This document shows positions 48,282 through 60,848 of a stretch of DNA of 64,000 nucleotides, piece after piece. Numbering within the stretch: position 1 is the first letter of the stretch; every line of letters starts with the position of its first letter. The notes under the pieces are model-generated. The model saw only the letters and a list, made by a program, of their open reading frames with translations. It had not been told where the DNA came from and did not search any database. Origin of the DNA: Mobula hypostoma (taxonomy: Eukaryota); assembly GCF_963921235.1 (NCBI RefSeq), contig NC_086118.1, positions 22,384,001-22,448,000 of the forward strand. Direction: 5' to 3'. Both the position numbers and the translations under genes were made by a program.

Positions 48282-51200
48282 CTTTCTTGAGAATCTTTGA
48301 GGGTCTAATGAACTCGGGCACCAATTTCCAAGACTCGGCCCAGAGATGCAAATCCTGAGTAGAGAGCTAGTCTTGCTGCCCAGGCTGAAAATCTGTTGCT
48401 GTCTTCTCTTGCGATTGGCTCAATTCAGCCTCCTGGGTAGAGGCTAACAAAATCTCACATGCCCTAGTCTATTTTTCCTTGCAACGCTGAACGAGATCTT
48501 CGGCTGGTGATACCCCAATCTTGGCCTCCTGCTCAGGGGAAAGTGGTGAAGAATACCAAAATTTGCATTCAAATGGGGAGATCCTGTGCGCAGAATGCTG
48601 TAGGGTGTTTTTGGGGAACCTTCTCCCGCATCAAATGGTCACACCTCTTGTCTGATTTTTCTGAGGCCAGGCATCTCAGGAACCCTGAGATTCCACGTCC
48701 TGATTCATCCAGTCCATCTGGCTTTTGGACTATCCATGAAACTTAAAGGAAAGACTCACTGTAGCCTCGATCAGCCTTCCCAAAGCACGAACTATGGATC
48801 CTGACCTGACACAATGTCCACTGGGAATCCATGGATCTTGAAGAATTGCAGGACAATCTCAGCTGCAACTGACAGCAGTTTGCGTGCTTTTGAAAAATGA
48901 TCTACAACCACCATGATGATGGCCTTCCCCTTGGAAGGCAGAAGATCCATGACAGAATCCATGGAGATGTGTGTCCATGATCTGTCCAGAAGAGGGTGAG
49001 GTTGGGTGCACACCTCATATGCCTGCATGTGTTGTCAGACCTCTTTAGCCATTCCAGGCCTCCAGCATCTTCTCTTAATAAATACGATGGGCATTCCAGA
49101 TGTGTGTCCCCACTGAAGTACCTTATACTTGATAGAATTTGGAATGAGCAGAAGACCCGGAGGACCATTCTTGGGAACCTCCCGTTCCCTCTGGGCCTTG
49201 AGAACAAGTGCATCAATTCCTCAATGAATGGGTGCCACCGGCTGAGCTTGGGTCAAAATGGGGGTCGGTTGTCCTTCTCTTTCAGGTTCATCGAACTGAT
49301 GAAACAAGGCATCCAGTTTTTGATTCAGTTGATAAGTCAGAACAAAATTGAAGCAGTTAAAGAAAAGAGACCACCTGACCTACCAGGAATTCAGTCTCTT
49401 TGCCTCCTGAATATAAGCCAGGTCTTTGTTGTCTGTCCATACAATAAAAGGGTTCTTGGACCACTCAAACCAGTGATGCCATTCCTCCAATTCCAAAGAC
49501 TGCGAGCAGCTCTCTATTTCCGATGTCATAGTTCACCTCTGCCGGGATAGCTGCCTGGAGGGGACTGCACACAGATGCAGTTTATTGTTCGAAGGTATTG
49601 GTTGAGACAACACTGCACCCACTCCGATGTCCTGAGGCATCCACCTCCACAATGAAAGGAAGGTCTGGGTTAGGCAAAGACAAAATGGAAGCTGTCATGA
49701 ACTGTTGGAGCTCTGCAAAAGGAGCCTCCACTTCAGTGGTCCAAACAAAAGGGCCTGTGGATCTCCTAGTTTGTGCTGTTAGCAGAGATGCCACTGATCT
49801 GAAGTTCCTGATGTAAAGGTTGGCAAATCCTAGGAATTGTTTTACATTGGATAGTTGTGGCCAACCTCTGACTGCCTGTATCTTACTAAGGTCCATTTTG
49901 AGATTGCCATTAGAGATGATAAAAACCAAAAAATAAAAAGGTATTTACGTGAAATTCAGATTTCTCCAGCTTGACATAAAGTCCATGATCTGGAAGCCAC
50001 TTTAAGATGCCTCATGCACCTCATGGACTTCAAGAAAATTAGGATGTCATCCAAGTACACAAAGGCATACTTATGGAGTGCACCCTAGAGTACGTTGTTA
50101 ATAAAGGCCTGGAAAACTACAGGCACGTTGGCAAGGCGGAACGGCATGAGCGGGTACTCATAGTGCCCTGTCAATGTGTTGAACGCAGTCTTCCACTCAT
50201 CATCCTCCTTTATGTAGACCAGATTGTACGCACTCTGCAATTCTAGCTTCAAGAATACCCTTGCCCCTTGGAGAATCTCGAAGGCAGTGCTCCCGAGTAG
50301 AAGGGGTAACAATTTTTGTACATTATGCAATTCAGCCCTCCATAATCAATGCATGTCTACAAGCTCCCATCCTTTCTCTGTAAGAAGAAGAAGAAGCCCA
50401 CACAGGCTGGTGAGGTGGAATGCTGAATGAATCCAATGGCAAGAGCCTTCTTAATGTACTCCTCCATAGTGTTTCTCTCCAGGCCTATATAATCAACCTC
50501 ATGAAGAAATACTGGGCAGTAGGTCAATTGAATAATTGTAGGGTTGATGTGTTGAAAGATTCAATACCTTTCCATTGCTGAAGACCTCTTCAAAATCCTT
50601 GTAGAAGGAGGGGATTTCAACTGGCTTGGGTGCTGTAACTACCACTGTACATCCCTCAGAGGATGACTCCTGAGGCTCCTTAGGTAGTGAGGGTAATTGG
50701 GCAGACCTCTGATTCTCTCCCATAGGTTCACTAGACTCTTGAGTCAAAATTCTCAGTCAACAGTAATGGTGCACTACAAAGAGTTTTTGTCCTGCTGGGA
50801 CTAGGCTTCAATGGTCTATGTTAGATAGGACCTGGTGACTGGTTCCCTTAGGCTTGGCTGCCAGTTCTCCAGAGTTCTTGGGCACCTCCTTGGCAGGCTT
50901 CTTGGTTTGCACCTGAACTAGAGATCCTCTCTCTGCAGTTCCAGTTCTCTCTGCATGGTCCCATTGACTGGAACCGGCTTGTCTGCCTTTGAAGTCAGGA
51001 GTGGGTCTCCTAAAGGCTTCAGGCCATCTCAAGCAAAAGTCTGCCTCCTCATTGGCCATTGGTCTCGGGCATATCTGGGGGTCAGAACACTAAACCGGGA
51101 CCATGCCCTCTTGCAAAAGCTTGACCATGCAATGATTCTCCCTTCCTCCTAGTTTATGGAAGAGTTATGCTGAGACTGCAAAGGGTGCCAGTGAATGAGG

Positions 51201-52456
51201 GGTTTGTGAGGAGAATTGATTATGTGGAAACAAATATCCTTTGCAAGTTCCCCTATCCTCATTCTCAAAACTGGTGTCTGTTGCAGGATCTGCCCAGACC
51301 AAAGAGGACAACTGTCTAGGGCAGTTGCGGTCTTGTGCTGTTTCAACTCCTACAGAGGTAAGTTGAAATGAGGGGCTGTTCCCAAGTCCCGGATATCACC
51401 AACTGCCCCAAAGTTCACAAAGGCATTCATCTCTCACCAGTTCATTCCCCAGGAGATCTCTGCCTTCAGTGTGACACCAAAATCAGTAGGGTTGGATGTA
51501 ATGGCTTCAACCGTCACAGTATTCCCAGATCTGGATGGTCTTAGCAGTTCTCCCAGCCATTGCAGCTTCGGACATTTGACTCGCAGGTGGCCTGTTTCTC
51601 CTCAGTAATAGCAGCAAACTCTAACACTGGAAACCCTCATCAACAAAGAGTCTTGTGACCGATCTGCATTGGCTTGACAGGATCTTGTACAGGAGATGGG
51701 CCAGTCATTGTTTGAGGTTGGAAAGTGATGCGTTGAGGCCAGGCTTGGGCTAGGACCCTTCGACCTCCTGAGTCCCACTTTCACTCCACCAGTTGATTAG
51801 TGAGGCGGTTGGACTGATCAATGAGAGCCTCTATGTCCTCTACCAGCTCTCCCAAGGCAAGGGCATCCTTTAATTTGCTTCGGAGTCCGTAGCAGTATAA
51901 AGTCATCAAGGCCTCCTCATTTTAGCCGCACACCTTGGCCAAAGTCTGAAACTCAATAACGTAGTTGGTTACTGACCGACTACCCTGACGTATCTTCATC
52001 AGACGGCCCGAGGCACTGTTAGCTCCGGCAGGATGATGGAACACCTTCTTCATGGTGTTCCTGAATTCATCTGAATCCGAGCAGATCTCCAGCCTCCATT
52101 CCCAATGCGTGGTGGCCCAGGGAAAGGGTATCCCAGTCAGGAAAGGGATTGTGAAGGCCACCTTTCTACACTCCTCAGGGAATCTGAATGGTTGGAGTTC
52201 AAACACCAACAAACACTGAGAGAGGAACCCGTGACAAGAAAACAGATTACCACCGAATTTCTCCGGGTTCAGAAGATGGTCTGACTGCAAAGAGTGGCTG
52301 ACAATCACCAGAGTGATTCTAGCTTCCTCTTTGTGATAGCTGGTGACTGAAGGTCGTGTATCTCCAGTCTCCGTCTGGAAATTTTCTCTCTATGGCTGGC
52401 CACAGATAACAAGAGATTCGGATACTCTGCTGGGACCATGTTAGGATCAATCATAC

Positions 52457-52774
52457 TGTGACGAGAGATCTAGACGAGGATGGTTAGGACCCAAGTGCTG
52501 GAGTATCCGAGACTAGAATCGAGACACAATATGAGACTGAAACGAGGAGAGTACTCCAAGCTAGATGCTTGACCAGAGTCCAAAGTAGAGCTAATGATTC
52601 AGCACCGAACCTCAGTTCAGGTGCTCTTTAAATATTAAAATCCTGATACCAAAACATGGCCGTGAATTAGCCGGGTGGGCCTGAACTTTTAAAGGGCCTG
52701 TGCCAGCTACTCATATTCCGGAGCGTCGGAGAATCTGAACGCAGAAGGTTTTGGGTTGAGTGCATATCATAACA
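52457..52774 (-). repeat. 5' LTR of the sushi-like element
   Basis: Minus strand TGTTATGA...CGTCACA; TATA-like TATTTAA at 52628-52634; followed by GTATGATTGATCCTAAC and a gag-like ATGGTCCCAGCAG start. Confidence 0.92.
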
Positions 52775-52974
52775 CTTTTTCTGCTTCAAGCCATCTTGTG
52801 TCCGTTATGGGTTCCAGAAGGACAAATCAAAGCATGGCTGTTGTTTGCAAAATGATTTGGCGTCAGTTTTAACACTTCTCAAAGTTTTCCTTGGAGCTCC
52901 AAATCCTTGTTCGTTTGGATTTTGCAATATTACTTCCAGAAACAAGTACTTCACAGAAGTGACAATTATTTATA

Positions 52975-53185
52975 TATTTTTATTTAGAGATATAGCATGG
53001 GAACAGGTCATTCCAGCAATTACACACCATCCAATTAACACCTATGCAACCAATTATCCTACCAACATGTACATCTTTGGAAAGTGGAAGGAAACTGGAG
53101 CACCCACGGTCATGGGAAGAATGTACAAACTCCTTAAAAACAGCGTTAGGAATTGATCCTGAATAGCTGGTGCTGTAATAGTCTT
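52975..53185 (-). mobile_element. Degenerate HE1/V-SINE-like element
   Basis: GGGAAGAATGTACAAACTCCTTA...GGAATTGATCCTG similar to ~6795-6845. Confidence 0.75.
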
Positions 53186-53319
53186 GTGCTGCCCCTCGAT
53201 CCTATCCTTGAACCTGGAGGTACGTGCTTGCAGGCTTTTGTATCTTCTGCCTAATGGGAGGGGGAGAGAAGGAAGAATGTCACAACAACACTCAATATCA
53301 TCAGCATTATGATTTAAGG

Positions 53320-54015
53320 AACACATACAAATTGCTGGAGGAACTCAGCAGGCCAGGCAGCATCGATGGAAACAAAGTACAGTTGATGTTTCGGGCCGAG
53401 ACCCTTTGGCTGGACTGGAGATTTTAAAAGTGGGGGAGAGGAGAGAGAAACGCAAAGTGATAGGTGAAATTGAGAGGGACAGGATGAAGTAAAAAGCTGG
53501 GCAGTTGGTTGGTGAAAGAGATACAGGGCTGGAGAAAGGAGAGTCTGATAGGGGAGGATAGAAGACCATGGAAGAAAAGGAGGGAGGAGCACCAGAGGGA
53601 GGTAATGGGCAGGCAAGACGATAAGGTGAGAGAGGGAAAAGGGGATGGGGAGTGGTGAAGGAGAGGGCGGAGAGGTGCCGTTACGTCAAGTTTGAGGAAT
53701 CGATGTTCATGCCATCAGGTTGGAGGCTACCCAGACGGAATATAAGGTGTTGTTTCTCCAACCTCAGTGCGGCCTCATCGTGACAGTAGATGAGGCTATG
53801 GATTGACATACCAGCATGGGAGTGGGAGATGGAATTAAAATGGGTGGCCACTGGGAGACCCCACTTCTTCTGGCAGACGGATTGTAGGTGCTCAGCGAAA
53901 CAGTCTCCCAATCTACGTCTGGTCTCACCAATATACAGGAGGCCACACTGGGAGCACTGGACACAGTATATGACCCCAACAGACTCACAGGTGAAGTTTC
54001 GCCTCACCTGGAAGA
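53320..54015 (-). mobile_element. Penelope-like element 3' part (GIY-YIG domain plus terminal region), second subfamily
   Basis: ORF 53681-54040 (FQVRRNFTCES.GVIYCVQCSQCGLLYIGET...LQPDGMNID); mutated hammerhead at ~53381-53416. Confidence 0.92.
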
Positions 54016-54609
54016 GAGTCAGTTTATCTGGAATAAACACAAGGCACCCTCTGCAAAAATACCCCAGGGCATTTTGGCAAATGGAAGAGCATCCTTCACA
54101 GTCTGGAACCAGAACATTGTCAACAGCACACTGGGGAAAATGCGCTCAGAACAAACCTCTACTTATCTTTCCTTGGGCTGGGGAATCTGGAATTTTGTAT
54201 TTGGGTGGAGTTGCTGAGACTAGACCCAGGATAAAGATCCAGCCATCTGAGGGAGGAGAAAATTTTTTAATTGATAAGTTAGTAAATTTTTATCACGTAC
54301 CACCCTTATAGATCATTTCATCACATCAGTACAAAGCAGTATATGGTAACATACCTGTATACATAATTTGATAATAAATTGTATTTTGAACTTTGAATTT
54401 TGAATGTCTGGGATGGGAGATTTTATATTAAGCTGGCAGCTTTAATGAGGCAGTGAGAAGTGTATACAGACTCTATAGGGAGGATGTTAGTTTTTGTGAT
54501 GTGCTGAGAAGGGTCCACAACTCTCTGCAGTCTCAGACAGAGTAGTTGTCATACCAAGCTGTGATACATGCATATAGGATGCTTTTGAAGTTCAAAGTAA
54601 ATTGTATTC

Positions 54610-56292
54610 TCAAACTAAAACAAGTAATTAAGAAGGTAAGGGTAGCTATGCAACAAAAAAGTCATAAAGAAGGTAAAGATGAAATACGAAAGTAAGCTAG
54701 TTAATAATATTAAAGAAGACGCCAAAAATTTCTTCAGATGCAAAAATGTAAAAAAGAAGCAAGAATGATATCAGACCACTAGAAAACGATGCTGGAGAGG
54801 TATTACTGGATGATAATGAAATAGCAGACGAACTGAATAAGTATTTTTTATCAGTCTTCACTGTCGAAGGCACCAGCAGTATGGTGGAAGTTCCAGGTGT
54901 CAGGGAGCATGAAGTGTGTGAAGTTACCATAAATCAAGAGAAGGCTCTTAAGAAACTGAAACGTCTGAAGGTAGATAAGTCATCTGGGCCTGATGGTGTA
55001 CGCCTCAGAGTTCTGACAAAGCTGGCTGAAGAGATCGTGGAGCCATTAGTAATGACCTTTCAAGAATTACTAGATTCTGGAATGGTTCCAGAATTGCAAA
55101 TGTCACTCTACTCTTCAATAAGGGAGAGAGGCAGAAGAAAGGAAACTATAAGTAGTTAGTCTAACCTCAGTGGTTGGGAAGAAGTTGGAGTCTTGGGGTA
55201 CTTGGAGGCACATGATATAATAGGCCATAGTCAGCATGGTTTCCTTAAGGGAAAGTTTTGCCTGACAAATCTTTTGGAAGTCTTCGAAGAAATAACAAGC
55301 AGTATAGACAAAGGAGAATTGCTTGATGTTGTGCACTTGGATTTTCAGAAGGGCTTTGGCAAGGTGCCACACATGAGACTGCTTAACAAGCTATGAGCCC
55401 ATGGTATTACAGGAAAGATTCTAGCATGGATAAAGCAGTGGCTAATTTGCAGGAGACAAAGAGTGGGAATAAAGGGAGACTTTTCTGGTTGGTTGCTTGT
55501 GACTAGTCGTTTTCCACAGCAGTCTGTTTTGGGACCAATTCGTTTTACACTATATGTCAATGATTTGGATGATAGAAATGATGACTTTGTTGCAAAGTCT
55601 GCAGATGATATGAAGATAAGTGAAGGGGCAGGTAGTTTTGAGGAAGTAGAGAGGCTGCAGAAGGACTTAGACAAATTAGGAGAATGAGCAAAGAAATGGC
55701 AAATGCAATACAGTGTCAGGAAGTGTATGGTCTTGCATTTAGGTAGAAGAAATGAAAGGGTTAACTATTTTCTAACTGGAGAGAGAATATGAAATACTGA
55801 GGTGCAAAGGGACCTGGGAGTCTTTGTGCAGGATTTCGTAAAAATTAATTTGCAGGTTGAGTCTGTGGTGAGGAAGGCAAGTGCAACATTAGCATTAATT
55901 TAAAAAGGACTAGAATATAAATTCAAGGATATAATGTTGAGATTTTATAAAGCACCAGTGAGGCCTCACTTGGAGAATTGTGAGTAGTTTTGGACCCCTT
56001 ATCTTAGAAAGGATGCGCTGAAACTGGAGAGGGTTCAAAGGAGGTTCACGAAAATGATTCCAGGATTGAATGGCTTGTCACGTGATGAGAATTTGATGGC
56101 TCTGTGCCTGTATTCACTAGAATTCAGAAGAATGAGGGGTGATCTCATTGAATCCTATCGAATCATGAAAGTTATTGGTAGCATGGATGTGAAGAGGAAA
56201 ATTTTATCAGCCATGATGAAATGACGGAGAAGACGCAATGGGCTAAATGGCCTAATTCAGCTGCTATATCTTATGGTCTGACGGTCTTATGG
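54610..56292 (+). mobile_element. Older CR1 LINE, ORF2 decayed
   Basis: KSSGPDG, QHGFLKGK.CLTNLLE, LDFQKGFGKVPH, QSVLGP, KSADD; multiple stops; (TCTTATGG)-type tail. Confidence 0.9.
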
Positions 56293-56605
56293 TTAGTACG
56301 TATGTGACATAATGTACACCCCTGAAATTCATTTTCTTGCGGGCATACTCAATAAAGCTATAGAATAATAACCGTAACAGAATCAATGAAAGACCACCCA
56401 GCTAGGGTGTTCGGCAAGAGTGCACGAGACAGCAAGTATACAAATAGAAAAAGAAGAAATAATAATAATTGCAAATAAATAAACAATAGATATTGAGAGC
56501 ATGAGATGAAGAGTTCTTGAAATAGTTAAGGGTCAACAAGGGGATGCTGAATTTCTTCACCTTCCCTAGGAGATAGAGACTCTGGTGTGCTTCCTTGGCC
56601 ATGGT
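56293..56605 (-). mobile_element. L2/Rex1-like 3' fragment
   Basis: Similar to 8400-8620 (CATACTCAATAAA..ATAGAATAATAACCGTAACAG). Confidence 0.7.
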
Positions 56606-57664
56606 ATTAAAGTAGTAGGACTTTGAATAAGCTATTCAGATGGCTATGAAGCCTCTAAATTCTCTACCTCAGAAGGCTGTTGTTGTTAAGGTGGTCAATA
56701 TTTATAAGAATGAGACTGTGGGCTTGAGATATAAGATCTGTTGTGAGCTTATTGAAAAGTGAAGAAGGATTGAGGAGCTATATGACCTAGTCCTGCATCT
56801 TTTATCTTATGTTCTTAAACAAATATCTCTCTGGCTGCAAATTTGATCTGCCTGTGTATTTTGAAATGGAATAAAGAAGTTTTAACCAACAATTTAAACC
56901 AATTTTAAAAGTTCAAAGTCTTAATCTTATTTCACTGGATTGACTTCTTAATTATACTCCATGAGTGACACAAACCATGTGGAATAATATTTCTCTGCTT
57001 TGTAAACAAACTCTGTTCAAAGCAATTTGGGTCCAACAAAATAGAACAACTGCACTTTAAAGTATTGTCAGGCCACCACTAAGCTCTGAAAGAAAAAAAT
57101 GCAATTAAAGAACTCTATTTCTGTGATAATGTATTTTGAATGTGGTCTTAGATGTCAGGATTGTGGAATAACTGCTAGAGATGAATCAATAAACTTGCAA
57201 GTTGAATCTGGAAGAAGAAATGCCTCCTGGAGATCTCACACCCATAAGTTTAAGGTATGATTTTAGAACTTTTAATGCAGTCTTGTTCTGAAGAATAACT
57301 CAGATTTTGGAGCTTTTATGGACATTTTGAGTCCCGGTCTGTAAATAAATCGTGTGAATTTAAGAGAAAATAGCCACAGCTGTCAGGTTTATAAAGTGCA
57401 TTCCAGTTCCTGGAAAATAAACTACCATGGTAACAGAATGCTATATCCAACTTGCTCCTATTCCACCACTAAGAAAAGTTCAACAGGCCATGAAATTCCT
57501 ACTGGAGAAATATGAGGTAATTGTAGTTGAAGACGGCAACCAAGACACAGAGTTTTTGGAATATTGAAAAATGTAGGACAACAGAAAGGTCATCAGGTTC
57601 CCAGAAGTTAGGTTGCTAAAGTGATTAAGATAAATGGGATATATTCCTTGTTGAGTAGTGCTGC

Positions 57665-59500
57665 AACAACAACCTGTCACTTGGGTCTCAGCAACACAGA
57701 AGTGCTCATTATTGACGTCAGGAAGGAAAGGAGAATGAACATCTCAAGTCTACATCAGAATCAGGCTTACTATCACTGACATATTTCATGAAATTTGTTG
57801 TTCTGTGGTAGGCAGCAGTAAAGTGAAAGACCTAAAAGAATTACTATAAGTTACAATAAAAAGTAATAAATATATATCACAAGAGAGGAATAATGAGTTA
57901 GTATTCATGGGTTCATTGATGATCCAGAAATTTGATGACAGAGGGGGAGAAGCTGTTTCTAAAACACTGAGTGTGGATCTTCAAGCTCCTGTACTTCCCC
58001 CCGATGAAAAGAGGACATGTTCTGGATGTTGAGGGTCCTTAATGATAAATACTGCCTTCCTGAGGCACCGCTATTTGAAGGTATGAGGAGGCTAGAGGTT
58101 ATAATGGAGCTGGCTGAATCTATAACTCTTTGCATCCTCTTTTGATCCTGTGTGTTGGATCCTCCATACCAGGTGGTGATGTAACCAGTCAGAATGCACT
58201 GTACATCTGTTGAAATTAGGTAGAGTCTTTGGTGACAAACCAAATCACGGCAAGCTCCTAATGAAGGATATCTGCTGTCATACCTTCTTCATGATTACAA
58301 CAATGTGCTGGGCCCAGGATAGATGAAACTTGCAGCTGCTCACCCTTTCCACTACTGATTTCTCCATGACAATTGGTATGCATTCTTTTGACTTCCCTTC
58401 TTGAAGTCCACAATTGATTCCTTGGTCTTGCTGACGTTGAATGCAAGGTTGTTGTTGCTACACCACTCAACTGACTGATCTATTGTGTTCCCGTATGCTC
58501 CTCATCACCATCTGAGATTCTGCCAATAACGGTAGTGTCATTGGCGTATTTATAGATGCTGTGCCTAGCCATACAGTCATGAGTTCAGAGAGAGTAGAGC
58601 AGTGGGCTAAACGTGCAGCCTTGAGGTGTGAGGAGGAAATATCTCTGACTGTGGTCTCTCAGTGAGGAAGTCAAGAATCTAGCTGCAGAGGAAAGTCAAA
58701 TCCAGGACTTAAAGCTTGTTGATTAGTACTGTTGGGATGATGGCATTGAACATTGAACTGTGATTGATAAATGGCAATCTGATTTTGGCATAGCTGTAGA
58801 AGTTCATAGATGGACAGAGTCAGTAGCTTTAGATTTCTGGTGTTAACATATCAGATGGCCTATCCTAGATAAAATCATAAGGGAATTTGCCAGTTTCTTT
58901 ACTTTCTTAGGAGACTAAGGAAGCTCAGCTTGTCGCCAAACATGAACAAACTTCTGCAGATATACCTTTAAAAGTATCCTGACTGGTCTGGTACAGCAAT
59001 TGAATGTGCACAATGTAAGAAGCTGTAGAGAGTAGTGGACCCCACCCCGTACTTCATGGATACATCCCTCACCACCGTTGGTAGCATCTTCAGGAGGCGC
59101 TGCCTCAGGAAACCAACATCCATCAGCAAAGATCCTCGCCATCTGAGCCATGCCGTCTTTTCACAGCTACCATTGTGCAGGAGGGACAGAAGCATGGGAC
59201 TCCACACTGTCATGTTCAGGAACAGCTACTTCCCTTCAACCATACAGTTCTTGAACTAACAGGCACAGCCCCAAACTATCACCACGTTGATCACTCTTGC
59301 ACTAAAATAGACTTTGTTTTGTTTTGTTCTAACTGTGTTCTTTCCTGTAAGAATAGTGTGTAATTTATATTTAATTCATGTGTCTCTTGGGATTGTTGCA
59401 TATATAATGCTTATATGATAGTGGTGCTGCTGCAAATAACTTTTTCATTGCACCTGTGCATACATTGCATATGACAATAAACTCGACTTTGACTTTGATC
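57665..59500. mobile_element. Plus-strand L2/Rex1-like element (57665-57737, ~58800-59500) with a minus-strand relative nested at ~57738-58799
   Basis: Plus: EVLIIDVRK ... RVSSFRFL ... CLRKPTSISKDPRHLSHAVFSQLP with (GACTTT)n tail. Minus: ORF 57959-58243 CILTGYITTWYG with AGAATC-type tail. Confidence 0.75.
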
Positions 59501-60848
59501 AATTAAGGCATCAAATATATCAAGATAGAACTTGTACCATAACTGTAATATATCAGTTAGGCCACAAATGAAATATCACGTAGAAATATCACATAGCAGA
59601 GAGGGTCCAGAACAGATCTATAGGGATAGTGAGAGGATCACAGAAATTCAGTTGCAAACAAGGTTTAGATACATTGGAGTTTCTGTATGGAAGAGAGACA
59701 AGGGTAAATTTTAAATGAGATGGATAAAAATATAAATATTAGAGATAAAATATATGTAGGATTGAACTTATTTTAGGAAAGTCTGTAGTGAGAGGGCATT
59801 TAAAGTGAAGAACTAGAAGAAATCTGAAATAACTGGTTTTGCTCAGAGAATGGAAGGGATTTGAATTCAATGGCCTGGACTATCTAAATATCTAAAATAG
59901 TGCCACAGCCTGCTAGGTGGTGAACCGAGAGCTGGAAAGAGGAGCAAGGCTGAATATCTGGGAGACTAATGCGTTTGTGATTCTATGTAAGCAGGTGATG
60001 GTGGATTGGTAACCTGATTTAACTCCCTCTCATTTTGTTTTGCCTTTATTGAAGTCAACACAGGTTGTATTTGGCAAAGACACAAATAGGTTGCAAATGT
60101 CCTCATATGGATTACCCCAAATAAACACCGAATCAATCTTCCTTAGCTCGACGTTGCATTAATCATTCAATTGTCAGAGAACATGCCATTGGATAATGGC
60201 AAAATACTCCAATCTGTACTTTCTATCAATGTGCAAATTACATATATTCTTATTAAGTGCTTTCATTCAATCTAATGATTAATTTTAACAGTGGATTGAG
60301 ATTTACTGTTTGCATTTTTCTCTCTCACAGAGCTGGGCGGCATTTTGGAAATTTGGGCATCCAGAATTCAATGCTAAAAGCATACTTCTTACTCTAGTTT
60401 GCTGGGAGAGGATTGGTAGAAATCACCTGAAATGTTGACAATTCCTTTCCACTCATGGATGATGCTTGACCAGCAGAGTTCTTCCAGTAGGTTGTTTTTG
60501 TTCTGGATTCTAGCTTCTGCAGGCTCTTGTATCTCATCTTTCTGCTGTCCATGTTGGTCAAAATGTAAGCAGAGTGAGAAAGAGGAAAATGAATCTCTTT
60601 TCGCTCAGATTACTTGTAACAGACTGTTAGTCTTTCACTGCAATGATAAAACTGAAGATGGAAGTTTCTGTTGGATTGTATGTTGATGATAAATCCATTT
60701 CTGAGATCCATCACATTGTATTGTGCACTTCTTCAAGTAAATGAGTTTGATAAGCAATCTGAACACTCATCAAATTTGAACCACATGTTGAATTAAGTTA
60801 CATATGACAATCTTAATATCTTAACTTGTAAGAGTCATTCGATGTGTG

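Larger units (their letters stand above)
47962..52774 (-). mobile_element. Ty3/Gypsy LTR retrotransposon, Tf1/sushi-like, both LTRs present, ORFs decayed
   Basis: LTRs 47962-48281 and 52457-52774; near-TSD TTTTT/CTTTT; gag PEKFGG..CHGFLSQC..VFELQP (51922-52308); zinc knuckle ~51570-51615; [19 protein letters not shown] (50085-50330) and YLDD ~50045-50057; RNase H PFIVEVDAS; integrase WTHISMD..MVVVDHFSK. Confidence 0.95.

Noticed and set aside
51922..52308. Domesticated PEG10/RTL-like gag gene
   Set aside because: Lies between two LTRs in an element full of stops and frameshifts; an ordinary decayed retrotransposon.
57427..57567. Short protein-like ORF MVTECYIQLAPIPPLRKVQQAMKFLLEKYE...
   Set aside because: 46 codons, no recognisable homology, weak acceptor; compatible with chance.
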